64,000 nucleotides of DNA. Origin: Bacteriovoracia bacterium (GTDB taxonomy: Bacteria; Bdellovibrionota; UBA1018; CAIPTA01). The stretch is taken from positions 800,001-864,000 of the forward strand of contig JBFWVL010000001.1 of NCBI GenBank assembly GCA_050246755.1, read 5' to 3'. A program made the position numbers and the translations under genes. Below are positions 48,795 through 58,996 of the stretch, in pieces (the stretch's first letter is position 1; each line of letters starts with the position of its first letter). Below the pieces are notes generated by a model. It saw only the letters and a list, made by a program, of their open reading frames with translations, was not told the DNA's origin and made no database searches.

Positions 48795-49712
48795 CTACTC
48801 CAAGTTCTGCACTTGCTCGCGTACCTTCTCGAGGGTTAGCTTCATTTCCACCACCCGGTTCGAAAGCTCGGCCTGATCGCTCTTAGCTCCGATGGTATTC
48901 ACTTCGCGGCCGATTTCCTGCGACAAAAACTCTAAGCGCTTACCTACTGATTTAGAGCTCTTGCCCGCTAGGGCATCCTCACACTGCTTCAGATGGCTAT
49001 GGAGACGATCCAGTTCCTCGGTAAGGTCGGAACGGTCCAAATAGAAAGCCACTTCCTGGTAGAGCCGGCTATCGTCTACTTTTCCTTCGATGCGCTTTAG
49101 CAGATCCTCGATTTTTCCTTGAAGCCGCTTGAAGTAACGCTCGTTCACGCCTTCTCGCTGCTTCTGGATCCAGGTCGTATGCGAAGCGATTTCGTCCAGC
49201 TCACGCTGTAAAACCAGCCCGAGCTTATTCCCTTCCGCCTCGCGCATCGCTAGCAAATTTTTGAGGGCTCCGTCGAGCGCTCGTAGGCCGAGCGTGGCCA
49301 GCTCTTCATCGGCCTCGTAACCGATCGCCTGTTCCCCGCTCACCACTCCGGGGAGCCGAAGGATGGCGGCGGCCGTTAAGCCCGCGCTGAGATTGAGCTG
49401 CTTCGCGAGCTTTTCGGTCTTGGCGGCATAGGCAGAGGCCAGGAGCTCGTCTACCACGGCCTCCACTTTTCCTTCGAGCGGCTGCACGGTGAGAGAAAGG
49501 TCCACTACGCCTCGTTGAAGTTTTTTCTCCACGGCCTCGCGAAGCTTGGGCTCAAGGAAGGCGAGGGAGCGAGGGACCTTGGGTCTTAAATCAAGAAAGC
49601 GTCCGTTCACCGAACGCAGCTCCACCGTTACGCGGAATCGCGCCCCGGCGGCGCTCTCGCGCCCGTAGCCGGTCATGGAATGCAGGCCCTGCTCTCTGTC
49701 TCGGGAACCCAT
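48795..49712 (-). CDS. yicC: YicC/YloC family endoribonuclease
   Basis: SMTGYGR, ELRSVNGRFLD, EELDRL.SH, GKRLEFL.QE..RE.NTIGAK, REQVQNLE. Confidence 0.92.
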   Translation of the reverse strand: MGSRDREQGLHSMTGYGRESAAGARFRVTVELRSVNGRFLDLRPKVPRSLAFLEPKLREAVEKKLQRGVVDLSLTVQPLEGKVEAVVDELLASAYAAKTEKLAKQLNLSAGLTAAAILRLPGVVSGEQAIGYEADEELATLGLRALDGALKNLLAMREAEGNKLGLVLQRELDEIASHTTWIQKQREGVNERYFKRLQGKIEDLLKRIEGKVDDSRLYQEVAFYLDRSDLTEELDRLHSHLKQCEDALAGKSSKSVGKRLEFLSQEIGREVNTIGAKSDQAELSNRVVEMKLTLEKVREQVQNLE

Positions 49713-49722
49713 TTGACTCCGT

Positions 49723-50697
49723 TCAGGACTGTACGGGGCTGGAGATAATATACTCGAGGCCCATTTTGCGGAATCTCTGTAATCTTCCCTGCATAAGCGC
49801 CTCGCCAGCCTGTGGCAGGAGCTCGCTCAATCGCTCTTCGATGGCATCGGCCAATAGCGTGGCCGCCGCTGCGTGGTCACGGTGCGCGCCGCCTTGGGGC
49901 TCGGGAATAATTCCGTCCACTACACCGAGATCTTTTACTTCCGGCGCGCTGAGCTTCAGAACTTTTGCGGCTTGCTCGCACATCGAGCTGTCGCTCCAGA
50001 GAATGGAAGCGCAGCTTTCGGGCGAAATCACCGAGTACGTGGAAAATTCCTGCATCAGCACTTGATCGGCCACCGCGATCGCGAGCGCGCCGCCAGAGCC
50101 GCCCTCGCCAATCACGGCCGTGATCACGGGTACCGGCAAATTAAACATGCGCATAATACTATCGGCGATCGCTTCACTCTGGCCACGTTCCTCGGCGTCG
50201 ATGCCGGGATAAGCTCCGGGCGTATCTACCAGCGTGATAATCGGGAGCGAAAAACGCGCGGCCATTTCCATCAAACGGATCGCCTTACGGTAGCCTTCCG
50301 GCTTGGCCATCCCGAAATTACGGCGCATTTTTTCTTTGGTGCCCCGGCCCTTCTGCTGGCCAATCACCAACACGGGCTGCCCGCGGAAACGCGCGAGCCC
50401 ACCGATGATCGCGGCATCGTCGCGGAATTTTCTGTCGCCGTGAAGCTCCTGAAAATCGGTAAAAATTAACTGAATATAGTCTTCGGCGTAAGGCCGCTGC
50501 GGGTGCCGCGAGAGCTGCACGCGCTGCCAGGGCGTGAGGTTAGTGTAAATTTCACCGATCAACTGCTCGAGCTTCTTTTCTAGGGCTTTGATCTCGGAGG
50601 AGAAATCCATCTTCTCTTGGATCGACATATCCTTAAGATCGGAGATCTTTTTCTCGAGGCTGGTAATCGGGCGTTCAAACTCGTAATAGGCGTCCAT
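49723..50697 (-). CDS. accA: Acetyl-CoA carboxylase carboxyltransferase alpha subunit
   Basis: ELHGDR, NFGMAKPEGYRKA, DTPGAYPG..AEERGQ, GEGGSGGALA, YSVISPE. Confidence 0.97.
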   Translation of the reverse strand: MDAYYEFERPITSLEKKISDLKDMSIQEKMDFSSEIKALEKKLEQLIGEIYTNLTPWQRVQLSRHPQRPYAEDYIQLIFTDFQELHGDRKFRDDAAIIGGLARFRGQPVLVIGQQKGRGTKEKMRRNFGMAKPEGYRKAIRLMEMAARFSLPIITLVDTPGAYPGIDAEERGQSEAIADSIMRMFNLPVPVITAVIGEGGSGGALAIAVADQVLMQEFSTYSVISPESCASILWSDSSMCEQAAKVLKLSAPEVKDLGVVDGIIPEPQGGAHRDHAAAATLLADAIEERLSELLPQAGEALMQGRLQRFRKMGLEYIISSPVQS

Positions 50698-50758
50698 AAG
50701 GGTCCCTATCCTAGCAAATACACGGTAGCTGAGGGAAGTATTGCCAATCGAGAAAGGG

Positions 50759-51442
50759 CTATTTCGGAGGGTTTTCTAGCAGCTGGGAGATCAAAACACG
50801 CCCTTGGCGCTCCTTGATCTTAAAGAGCATGGCCCCAAACTCGTCCAGAAGTATTTTGCGTCGCGTAATATCTTGGGTTCCTAGACAAGAAGCCAGCTTG
50901 CGAAAGGAAAGTGCCCGAGGGCGCATGGCCCATTTACAGTCCGTGAGAAACTCGCAAGTTTCGCGAGCGCTGAGGGCTTGGCCTTCCGTAGTGGCAATGC
51001 TTTCCACCGACTTTTCTAGCGCACCGTCGATGGCCTTAAATTCTTCATTTGGCTTCAGGGAAACCACGAGACCCGCGGATTCGCTAGGTAGCTGGGCTTT
51101 GGGAAATACTGTATTTTCGCAGCGAAACTCTACGGGATATTTCAGGATCGCGCCAGGCGCAGCTAATACTTTATCGATAGAATGCACGAGCAAGGCTTTA
51201 CAAACGCGGCGCCGCGCAGGCGTTGCGCCCTCACCGTTAAATTTTATACCGTAGCAAAGCTGCAGCGTAAGCAAACGGCGATCAAATTCTTCTTCCTGCT
51301 GGGACGCGAGCGTGCGACCGCCGAGGGAGTTTTTCCCTCCGCGAGGAGCCCGTGCCGGTTCGATCACCGCGAAAAAGAAGATCGTAACCAAGAAAATGGG
51401 CACGACCAGGCGCCATGCCCAATGAATCACTTTTTTTGCCAT
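50759..51442 (-). CDS. Membrane-anchored Cys-containing hypothetical protein
   Basis: N-terminal TM helix, 6 Cys, co-oriented between the lipoprotein gene and accA. Confidence 0.65.
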   Translation of the reverse strand: MAKKVIHWAWRLVVPIFLVTIFFFAVIEPARAPRGGKNSLGGRTLASQQEEEFDRRLLTLQLCYGIKFNGEGATPARRRVCKALLVHSIDKVLAAPGAILKYPVEFRCENTVFPKAQLPSESAGLVVSLKPNEEFKAIDGALEKSVESIATTEGQALSARETCEFLTDCKWAMRPRALSFRKLASCLGTQDITRRKILLDEFGAMLFKIKERQGRVLISQLLENPPK

Positions 51443-51450
51443 ATTTTATC

Positions 51451-51900
51451 TTATCGTCGCCAGCCGGCCACGCGGCCGTTCTCAAAAATTACTACCCGAG
51501 AGCCATTCAAAGAATAACGAGAACCGTAGGTCCACTTTTCGTGACCAGTACGGGTGGTGCCCGCTACTTCACGCTGCTGTGGTTCACCCCAGGAAGACAT
51601 CACCTGCTGGCGTGTCATACCGAGAACTACGTCGCGAGATTCGATAGCACGGGTAGCGCGGCGGTCTTCATGGCCGATCGGGCCATTCAATTCGCCGTCC
51701 ATTGCGGGAGCACGCTTCGCTTCGCAATAAGGACCCACGCAGGGAGAATCGTCATCCTCGGCGGTAGAGCCATACCCGCGGTCGTAGGCTAAGGTATCGT
51801 CTTCGGTACCCTCTTCGAAAAGGGTGGCGCAGCCGGTAAGTTGGGAAAGTGCCAAACAGGCAGTTAGTAGACAGAACAATCTGAAAAATCCGTTTTTCAT
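51451..51900 (-). CDS. Lipoprotein with SmpA/BamE-like domain
   Basis: Lipobox LTGC; LGMTRQQV..SWGEP, EKWTY, VIFENGRV. Confidence 0.75.
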   Translation of the reverse strand: MKNGFFRLFCLLTACLALSQLTGCATLFEEGTEDDTLAYDRGYGSTAEDDDSPCVGPYCEAKRAPAMDGELNGPIGHEDRRATRAIESRDVVLGMTRQQVMSSWGEPQQREVAGTTRTGHEKWTYGSRYSLNGSRVVIFENGRVAGWRR

Positions 51901-52013
51901 GGTCTCACCTCCGGGTGAAATTACTTGTATGTCTATCGTCAGAGATGGGCAGGGAGTTTACCGACTATTTCACTTCTTTGCAGGAACGCGGAAGACGTTT
52001 AAACTGGGGGCTA

Positions 52014-52679
52014 ATGGCAAAACTAGACGCTTTAAAAGAGAAATTGGCCGGCCTGAAGCAAAAGCTTACGGAAAAGATCGATTCGATCCCTTTCCTGAAA
52101 AAATTCTTCGCTAAACCGGCACCCTCGACGAATACGGCAACCACTCCAAGCCGTTCCGGCGATGCTTCTCTCGGGAAAATATATCGGGGCGGTGGAACCT
52201 TCACGCGGCTGCAAGTATTAGGTTTTTTTCTCTTCCTATCGGGCGCGATGCTGGCTTCCGCCTTCGTGGCTAAACGGGTTTTTGTTAAGCTTCGCGATAG
52301 CGGCCACGGAGCTCCCGCCGAGGAAGTTACCCACGGCATCGGCGACATTAAACGCCGCATGGAAGAAAACGCGAGCGTGCTTTCACTCGGAAAATTCACC
52401 GTGAGCACCTTTGTGAGCGAAAAGCGCGAAACGGCCATGGGCATCGACATCTGGTTGCGAGTAAGTGGAGTGGACGCCGCGAACTTCGTTCAGAGCCACG
52501 AGGTGGTACTACACGATAAGACCATGGACGCCATGAACGAGCTCTATATGCAGCACGTAAATCTTCTTACCGAGCAAGGCAAAGAAAACGCAAAAAATAA
52601 AATCCGCGACTTCCTCAACCAAGTGATCCCGAAGGGCAAGGTGGAGGAAGTCTATTTCTACAATATGGTGGTGCAGTAA
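52014..52679 (+). CDS. FliL-like membrane protein
   Basis: Single TM; LGKFTVS..., LLTEQGKENAKNKIRD.LN, VEEVYFYNMVVQ C-terminus typical of FliL. Confidence 0.7.
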   Translation: MAKLDALKEKLAGLKQKLTEKIDSIPFLKKFFAKPAPSTNTATTPSRSGDASLGKIYRGGGTFTRLQVLGFFLFLSGAMLASAFVAKRVFVKLRDSGHGAPAEEVTHGIGDIKRRMEENASVLSLGKFTVSTFVSEKRETAMGIDIWLRVSGVDAANFVQSHEVVLHDKTMDAMNELYMQHVNLLTEQGKENAKNKIRDFLNQVIPKGKVEEVYFYNMVVQ

Positions 52680-52680
52680 A

Positions 52681-54009
52681 TCAGCGGTTTGCCAGCGGCC
52701 CGTCGCGCAGCCCATATTTACGCATTTTTTCGAACAAGGTGGAACGCGCTATCCCAAGCTCCTTCGAGGCGATACTGCGGGACCATCCGTTTCTCTCCAG
52801 CGAAGCCTTGATATAGTCCAGTTCCAGCTCTTTCAGCGTGAATGGCCTCCGCTGCGTTTTCGGCGGGGCAATATTTCCATTTCCCAGGCCCGCAAAATGC
52901 TCCGGTAAAACCCGTACGGCATTCTCGCTCCGGGCGGTGACGCTCGCTCGCTCCAAGCAAGAACGCAGCTCGCGCACATTTCCCGGCCAGCGGTAAGAGA
53001 TCAGCTTACCTTCCGCTTCGTTATCGAGCTCGAGCCCGCGCTCGTCCAAATACTTTTTTGCGATCGCCAGGGTATCCTGCGGACGATCCCGCAACGGAGG
53101 AATCACCACGGTAAATCCCGCGAGCCGGTAGTAAAGATCCAGGCGGAAGCGCCCATCCGCAATTCTACCTTCCAGATCCTGGCTGGTGGCCGATACCAGC
53201 CGAAAATCTGCGCGCTCCGCCTGATCGGAACCAAGCGCCTTCACTTCTCCTGATTCGAGCGCGCGCAGTAGCTTCACTTGCGCCGCGCCCGGGATATCCG
53301 CCACCTCGTCGAGGAAAAGCGTTCCGCCATGAGCCGCCCGCAGCGCCCCGAGCCGTGGCGTCTCCGCGCCGGTAAAGGCTCCCTTTTTATGGCCGAAGAG
53401 CTCGCTCTCCGCTAACGTGCCCCCCGTCAACGCGCCATTCACCGTAATATACGGCCCCTTCAGCCGAGTGCTCCACTGGTGCAGCAGTCTCGCGAAAATT
53501 TCTTTACCCGTGCCGGTTTCTCCCAGCAAAAGCACGGAAGAAGGAGAATGGGCGATCTTACGCAAATTCTTCACGAGCTCCAGCATGAAGGGATCCGCCA
53601 CGATCCAGCCGTTTTCGCAGGTCTCTTCCAGCTCGGAATCATCACTGGTCCAGCTTAAATTAGACCGCCCCAGCCGCAGAATGCCCTGCGCGGGAAGCGG
53701 CGCGCTCTGCACCCGGATGCCGTTGAGAAAAGTTCCGTTGGTAGAACTTAGATCCTCCACGATGTACCCGTCTCCCGCCGGCAGCAAGATGATGCGCGCG
53801 TGCTGGGGAGAAATATAAGGATCGTCGATGGTGATATCGCAATCCTGCGACCTTCCTATCGTGTATTGCGTGCGGAAAAGCCGCAGTCGTCTTTTTGAAC
53901 CATAGTAAGGGCGCAGTACCAGCTCGTGCATGGGCTGCAATCGTTCCGTTTTCTCCGTGAGCGGGCTTTTTAAGCAGGGCGTGGAAATAGTTTCGAATGG
54001 TTGCGACAT
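52681..54009 (-). CDS. FHA-domain sigma-54-dependent transcriptional activator
   Basis: FHA (IGRSQDCD, ISPQHA, STNGT); GETGTGKE, ESELFGHKKGAFTGA, LFLDEV, WPGNVREL; Fis-type HTH; start codon uncertain. Confidence 0.93.
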   Translation of the reverse strand: MSQPFETISTPCLKSPLTEKTERLQPMHELVLRPYYGSKRRLRLFRTQYTIGRSQDCDITIDDPYISPQHARIILLPAGDGYIVEDLSSTNGTFLNGIRVQSAPLPAQGILRLGRSNLSWTSDDSELEETCENGWIVADPFMLELVKNLRKIAHSPSSVLLLGETGTGKEIFARLLHQWSTRLKGPYITVNGALTGGTLAESELFGHKKGAFTGAETPRLGALRAAHGGTLFLDEVADIPGAAQVKLLRALESGEVKALGSDQAERADFRLVSATSQDLEGRIADGRFRLDLYYRLAGFTVVIPPLRDRPQDTLAIAKKYLDERGLELDNEAEGKLISYRWPGNVRELRSCLERASVTARSENAVRVLPEHFAGLGNGNIAPPKTQRRPFTLKELELDYIKASLERNGWSRSIASKELGIARSTLFEKMRKYGLRDGPLANR

Positions 54010-54090
54010 TTCATTTCTCCTGTTGGGATTTCCGGAGAGCAAGTTCCCTGCCACCTTGACTAAGCCTGGAAGCTGTTTCACTCTCTCTCT

Positions 54091-54921
54091 ATGCCGAAGA
54101 CCTTCTTCCTCATGACAGCGGTTCTTTATTGGGGCTGCTTTGTGTTACGCGCTTTTCTGCGCGGTAAGGAAAGCGGAAAATTAGATCGCCTTGCTTCGCT
54201 CGGTGAGCGCCTAAGCTTGCTGGTATTTACGGGCGCGCTCGTGGTTTATATCACCCAGCTGCAGATCATCGATGGCAAGGTACACTCCGAGGCCTACGAC
54301 CGCCCCGTGAGCTTCCTGCTTTTCGCCTGGGCCATCTGCGCCGCCCACCTCGGCACCGAGATTCTTTATGGCAATCGCGCCACCGCCGTATTCGCGAATT
54401 TGTGGACGGCCCTGACCCTCACCATCTCTTCAGCCACCACGGAATTATTCAAAGGCATCTTTACCGACGATCTCGGCTGGCTGAGCTTTCACCGCCTCTG
54501 CTTTCTCGTGGGCTACGCATTTTGCATTCTCGCCTTCCCACTCGTATTTCATTTTATTTGGCTGCAGTTTCGCGCCCCCTCCCTTCCTGCGGAAAAAAAG
54601 GCGGAAACCGAACGCACTCTCTGGAAGCTCGACCGCATGGGCTACCGCATGGTGCTTTGGGCCCTACCCCTGCTCACGGCTGGCATCATCGCGGAGGGGC
54701 TAGTGCTCGCCGACAATCACCAGCTTCCCGGCCCCACCGAGCTTTGGACCCAACAGCGGGAAACCCTGCTCGCACTGGTTACCTGGTTCATCTGCGGGAT
54801 CTATCTGCATACCCGGCTTTTCTTCGGCTGGCGTTACGCGCGTTCGGCGGCACTCTACCTCATTGGCCTCGGTCTCGTATTGATTGGCCACTTCAGCCCT
54901 AGTTTCCCCTTTTTCCTATGA
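54091..54921 (+). CDS. CcsA/HemX-like cytochrome c assembly family membrane protein
   Basis: WLSFH, LDRMGYRMV, ETLLALVTWFICGIYLHTR; WWD motif degenerate. Confidence 0.7.
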   Translation: MPKTFFLMTAVLYWGCFVLRAFLRGKESGKLDRLASLGERLSLLVFTGALVVYITQLQIIDGKVHSEAYDRPVSFLLFAWAICAAHLGTEILYGNRATAVFANLWTALTLTISSATTELFKGIFTDDLGWLSFHRLCFLVGYAFCILAFPLVFHFIWLQFRAPSLPAEKKAETERTLWKLDRMGYRMVLWALPLLTAGIIAEGLVLADNHQLPGPTELWTQQRETLLALVTWFICGIYLHTRLFFGWRYARSAALYLIGLGLVLIGHFSPSFPFFL

Positions 54922-56783
54922 TCGCCAAAGCCCGCACTCCTCTGCTCTTTTTCCTCGCGCTCTTCGTGGGCGCCCTCGCCGACACTCTCTCCGGCCCTCC
55001 ACAGCCCATAAGCGCCACCATCACCCCCAACCTTTGGGCCGCGCTCCTCTTTCAGTTTGTTCTCTGGATCGCTGCCACGCGTGGTTGGGGAGCGCAGATC
55101 GCCACCCTCTTAGGGTCAGATCTTCCCGAAGAAGGAAAGTGGCTGGGCCTCGGTGCCTTCTTTTACGCACTTATCGCCTTCACGCTAAGTGCCCTAGGCT
55201 TGTTGCGCCCCGAACTGCGTTGGGCTCTGATCCTCTTGAACGCCCTCGGAATCGCCCTGAGCCCCTCCATTAAAATCCCACGCCTCCATTTTATTCTCGC
55301 CATCGCCGGCGCGCCCATCGCCGTTTTATTGGCGCTCATCGCGATTGATTCTCTCGTGATCCATCCTTATTGGGATCCCCTGCATCACCATCTGCTCGGA
55401 CCCCGCATTTGGTGGGAGCAAGGCAAAGTCTATTTCCCGCGCGAGCAGATCAGCGCCTATCAAGAAGGTGGATTCGAGCAATTATTCCTCTGGCCTCATT
55501 TTTTCTTCGCCGGCAAGGGTGGGCTCGGGCTTCTGCCCGTGCAAATTTTTGCCCAGCTCACCCACTTTCTGCTCGGCTTCGGCGGCTCCCTGATCCTAGC
55601 GTACTCATTCCTCCGGCGAGAAATCTCCACCCCAAGCGGAAGAATTTTTGCCCTCATGCTTTTCGCCATTCCCGCCTCGCTTCAGTTCGGGATTCCCACC
55701 GCGAAAAATGGCTGGGGCATGGTGCTCTGGATTCTCACCGCCTTTTCTCTCCTCGGTGAAAGATCCTTAAAGGCCACCTTCGTGGCGGCTTTTCTTTTCG
55801 GATTCACGCTCTTAGCGAAGATCAGCTCGGTGTACGCAATCTTGCCGATCCTTTTCCTAAGTCTCTGTTTTTTTTCCACTCTACGCCGCCCTAAGCCACT
55901 ATTCCTACTCGCCGCCGGCATGCTCCTCGGCATGCTCCCTCTCGCGCTCCGGAATTTTATCGGCACCGGCGATCCTTTTTTTCCTCTATTCGCCAAATGG
56001 TTCCCCCATGCGGCGCTCGGTCCCACCTGGCTAGAAGCCATCGCCGCCTACCAAACCGGACACGTCTCGATTCTAACGAGGCTCTTTGAGTGGTCCCGCG
56101 AGTTTCTCTTCGCGCCCGCCCTAGTGGCCTTACCACTACTTTGGCGCAAACAAGAATCCGCCCTCGTACGCATATTGGCTTTCTCTTTTCCTTTAGGTTT
56201 CCTTCTTTTTTACTTCACCGCCGGCGAGCCCACCGAGCTCCGCCTCATCGGCGCTTGCCTTCCGATATCGGGCCTCCTCGCGGGAATCCTTCTCGATCGC
56301 CTGCTGCAACGCCTACCCTACCGCGAATCGATGCCACTCTTCCTGGTAGCGCTTTCGATTCCATTTCTTCCGTTTCGCTGGGATGCGCTTTCCCGGATTA
56401 AAAAAATTCCCCATCCCGAAGAGCAAGCGCGGGCTTATATAGGAAGCGAGGCGCAAGCTTGGTTTCGCAGCCAGTTCGTGGCGGGCCAAAAAGCGGCGCT
56501 GCTAGTGGACACGCGCCTCTACCACTCCATGCCTTATCCCATCGTGCGAATTTGGGATTCCCCTGCCTTGGACGCGAAGGTACGCGAAGCAAGGTCAGCC
56601 CCTGAGTTTTTGGCCATCCTAAAAAAAGAGGGATTTAGCCACCTGATACTCACCCAGGAAAAACTCGATCTTTTCTATCCGCGGGCTTTGGTTTCTGAGG
56701 TGGAAGGTTGGATTCTCGCCAACGACCAGCACGTTGTTTTTCGCACGCCGTATTCCCTAGTGGTGGAACTTAGCTCTTACTAA
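54918..56783 (+). CDS. Polytopic membrane protein, probable GT-C glycosyltransferase
   Basis: WDPLHHHLLGP, TLLAKIS, RNFIGTGDPFFP motifs; many TM segments. Confidence 0.65.
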   Translation: MIAKARTPLLFFLALFVGALADTLSGPPQPISATITPNLWAALLFQFVLWIAATRGWGAQIATLLGSDLPEEGKWLGLGAFFYALIAFTLSALGLLRPELRWALILLNALGIALSPSIKIPRLHFILAIAGAPIAVLLALIAIDSLVIHPYWDPLHHHLLGPRIWWEQGKVYFPREQISAYQEGGFEQLFLWPHFFFAGKGGLGLLPVQIFAQLTHFLLGFGGSLILAYSFLRREISTPSGRIFALMLFAIPASLQFGIPTAKNGWGMVLWILTAFSLLGERSLKATFVAAFLFGFTLLAKISSVYAILPILFLSLCFFSTLRRPKPLFLLAAGMLLGMLPLALRNFIGTGDPFFPLFAKWFPHAALGPTWLEAIAAYQTGHVSILTRLFEWSREFLFAPALVALPLLWRKQESALVRILAFSFPLGFLLFYFTAGEPTELRLIGACLPISGLLAGILLDRLLQRLPYRESMPLFLVALSIPFLPFRWDALSRIKKIPHPEEQARAYIGSEAQAWFRSQFVAGQKAALLVDTRLYHSMPYPIVRIWDSPALDAKVREARSAPEFLAILKKEGFSHLILTQEKLDLFYPRALVSEVEGWILANDQHVVFRTPYSLVVELSSY

Positions 56784-56880
56784 GCCCCGGGCCATCGAGT
56801 AAAAATAGATTTATTCGCCGCAGCAAAACGCGAATATTGATCGCCCGGGGCAAGGGTGCTAGAAAAGGTCCTTGTCGATT

Positions 56881-56967
56881 GGCCCTTTGGCGGAACTGGT
56901 AGACGCACAGGTTTCAAAAACCTGCGCCTTCACGGGCATCCGAGTTCGATTCTCGGAGGGGCCACCA
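56881..56967 (+). tRNA. tRNA-Leu (CAA)
   Basis: Acceptor GGCCCTT/AGGGGCC, anticodon arm CAGGT-TTCAAAA-ACCTG, long variable arm, GTTCGATT, encoded CCA. Confidence 0.95.
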
Positions 56968-56984
56968 ACTAAAGCAATATTCTG

Positions 56985-57010
56985 AGCGCGGTTTGCCGCG
57001 CTTGTTTCTT
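56985..57010 (+). terminator. Intrinsic terminator after tRNA-Leu
   Basis: AGCGCGG-TTTG-CCGCGCT followed by TGTTTCTT. Confidence 0.65.
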
Positions 57011-57058
57011 GCTTCTTCTTCCCTAGCTTCACCAAAAAACTTTCGTTATAAAAAGTAA

Positions 57059-58120
57059 ATGAAATCTATATTTTTCTTGGCACTGCTGGCGCTGGTACAA
57101 ATCCCCTTGAATTCCTTTGCCGCAAAAATGTTCCCAAATTCATTGGGCGACAAAGATTTTTTCGTGACTCAGCTCAAGTTTCCCAAAGCGGCCAAAGCTT
57201 TAGCCGCCGAATCTTGCCGCGAAAATATCGCGAGAACTGTCTGTCTGGTGGATCCCATTCCGGACCACGAGAACCTGGGTGCACGAATCTGCCTCGAAGG
57301 CGGCCAAGCGTATGCGAAATATTTTGAAAATCTCTATGATCGCTATCCTCCTGCTCTTCAGAAAATGTTTTGCTCCCTCCGGCATATCTATATCGAAAAG
57401 AAAATGGCGGGCACGGCTTATGCCGGACTCAACCGGGACACAAATGGAAATCCGGATGGCGCGCTCATGGGCGTACGTAAATCAGTGCTCGACGAAGAGC
57501 TCGACCTAAATACCTGGGCCACCTGGAAAGAGCAGCTTTCCTTCGGGGGCGGCAATAGTTACCGTAATCCTTTGCCGACTCTGCCCACCATCACCTCGTT
57601 CAATTCCGCCGGCACGAGCGATTTTCTCTATTTCGTGATCACCCACGAGTTCGGGCATATTTTCGATTTCGCCAATAACCTTAACCAAACGCAGAACTGC
57701 ACTACTCCCGTAGATAAAACGCAGCAGCCGGAATGCGAAATGGTTCCTGGAAGCTGGGGCAGCATTAGCTGGGCCACCAGCCAAAAAGCCAAGCCTGAGA
57801 ATGAGTTTCCTCTGCGCAAGTATCTTTGTTTCTACTGGTGCAATGGCCAAACCATCGCGCACAACGATGTGCTGAACGTCTATTCCGGTCTTGCGGACAC
57901 CGATTTCATCAGCCTCTACGCTACCAGCCAGGCCTGGGACGATTTCGCCGATAGTCTCGCCTACTACCTGTCCTACAAAAACCTCGGCGCATCGTATAGC
58001 ATCGACACCAAACAGGGCCCATCCTACGACATCATGGAAAAACTGCATGCACCGATCTTTGCCAAGAAACGGGAATACATTGAGCGTTTTCTCGAGCGCA
58101 GCGATATCGTTTATCCCTAG
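57059..58120 (+). CDS. Secreted putative zinc metallopeptidase (HExxH)
   Basis: Signal peptide; ITHEFGHIFD; SLYA....DDFAD; several Cys. Confidence 0.7.
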   Translation: MKSIFFLALLALVQIPLNSFAAKMFPNSLGDKDFFVTQLKFPKAAKALAAESCRENIARTVCLVDPIPDHENLGARICLEGGQAYAKYFENLYDRYPPALQKMFCSLRHIYIEKKMAGTAYAGLNRDTNGNPDGALMGVRKSVLDEELDLNTWATWKEQLSFGGGNSYRNPLPTLPTITSFNSAGTSDFLYFVITHEFGHIFDFANNLNQTQNCTTPVDKTQQPECEMVPGSWGSISWATSQKAKPENEFPLRKYLCFYWCNGQTIAHNDVLNVYSGLADTDFISLYATSQAWDDFADSLAYYLSYKNLGASYSIDTKQGPSYDIMEKLHAPIFAKKREYIERFLERSDIVYP

Positions 58121-58948
58121 ATGCTCACCTTTCGGAGATTCCTTTTCGTCGTTGCCGCCGCCATTATTTTTGGGAGCGGGATAGCGTTCTACGCACGCAC
58201 CATCGTGCCGAAAACTAGCGCGCCCCTTCAGGAATCAAACGAGAACGCAAAGCTAAGTATTTCACCGAGTCTTACATCGCAATCGCCGGAAGCAACTCCG
58301 GCCGAAGGGCAGAGGAATACTGGGAACTCCCCGCACTCTCTCCAAACTACCCCACCACCGACTCAAATTCCCGAAAAGCGCATGGAGCTTCCTCGCTTTA
58401 GCGGACGCTTCACCTTCCCGCTGCCGCAGGGGAAACAAGGCCACGCCCGCACGGTTTTTGATCTTCTCAAGCCCGTTCTCGCCCAATCCCGATTCTGGAC
58501 GGGTAAGGCGGTCTTTCTTTCCCACGGCAAGCAAATTCCCGCCACTCTAATTGCCCGCTTTTACGATACCAACGACAATAGGTCCACCGACCTCCTGCGC
58601 AGCGTGACGAAGCCAGAACACCTAGGCTGGATGGCTCTTGGCTATTTCGAAGTGGACGGGGAGACCCATAAGTGGTCGACGTCATCGAGCCTCGAAACAG
58701 TTCCTAAAAAAGAAAGTAATTATTATTTATTTATTAAATTTGATGCGCATCCCATTCTCGGCAAAGACTTCGAATACTTGGCCTTGCCGATCCCCGGGCA
58801 ATCGGGGTTGCCGCTGGAGCTTTTACCTTCCGGCCCCTCGGCCACGTGGCAAAACATTGCCGGATTCAGCTGGCAGCCAATATCCGAAGGCGGCTATCGG
58901 GAGTTCATCGGCGAAATGGATCATCGCACCCAGTCTGCGGCCAAATAA
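58121..58948 (+). CDS. Membrane-anchored hypothetical protein
   Basis: N-terminal TM helix, P/S/T linker; abuts the upstream stop. Confidence 0.65.
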   Translation: MLTFRRFLFVVAAAIIFGSGIAFYARTIVPKTSAPLQESNENAKLSISPSLTSQSPEATPAEGQRNTGNSPHSLQTTPPPTQIPEKRMELPRFSGRFTFPLPQGKQGHARTVFDLLKPVLAQSRFWTGKAVFLSHGKQIPATLIARFYDTNDNRSTDLLRSVTKPEHLGWMALGYFEVDGETHKWSTSSSLETVPKKESNYYLFIKFDAHPILGKDFEYLALPIPGQSGLPLELLPSGPSATWQNIAGFSWQPISEGGYREFIGEMDHRTQSAAK

Positions 58949-58996
58949 CTCTTTTGCCGCGTCCCCGAACTTCCAATCCCGTGATAAGCTGATGCG

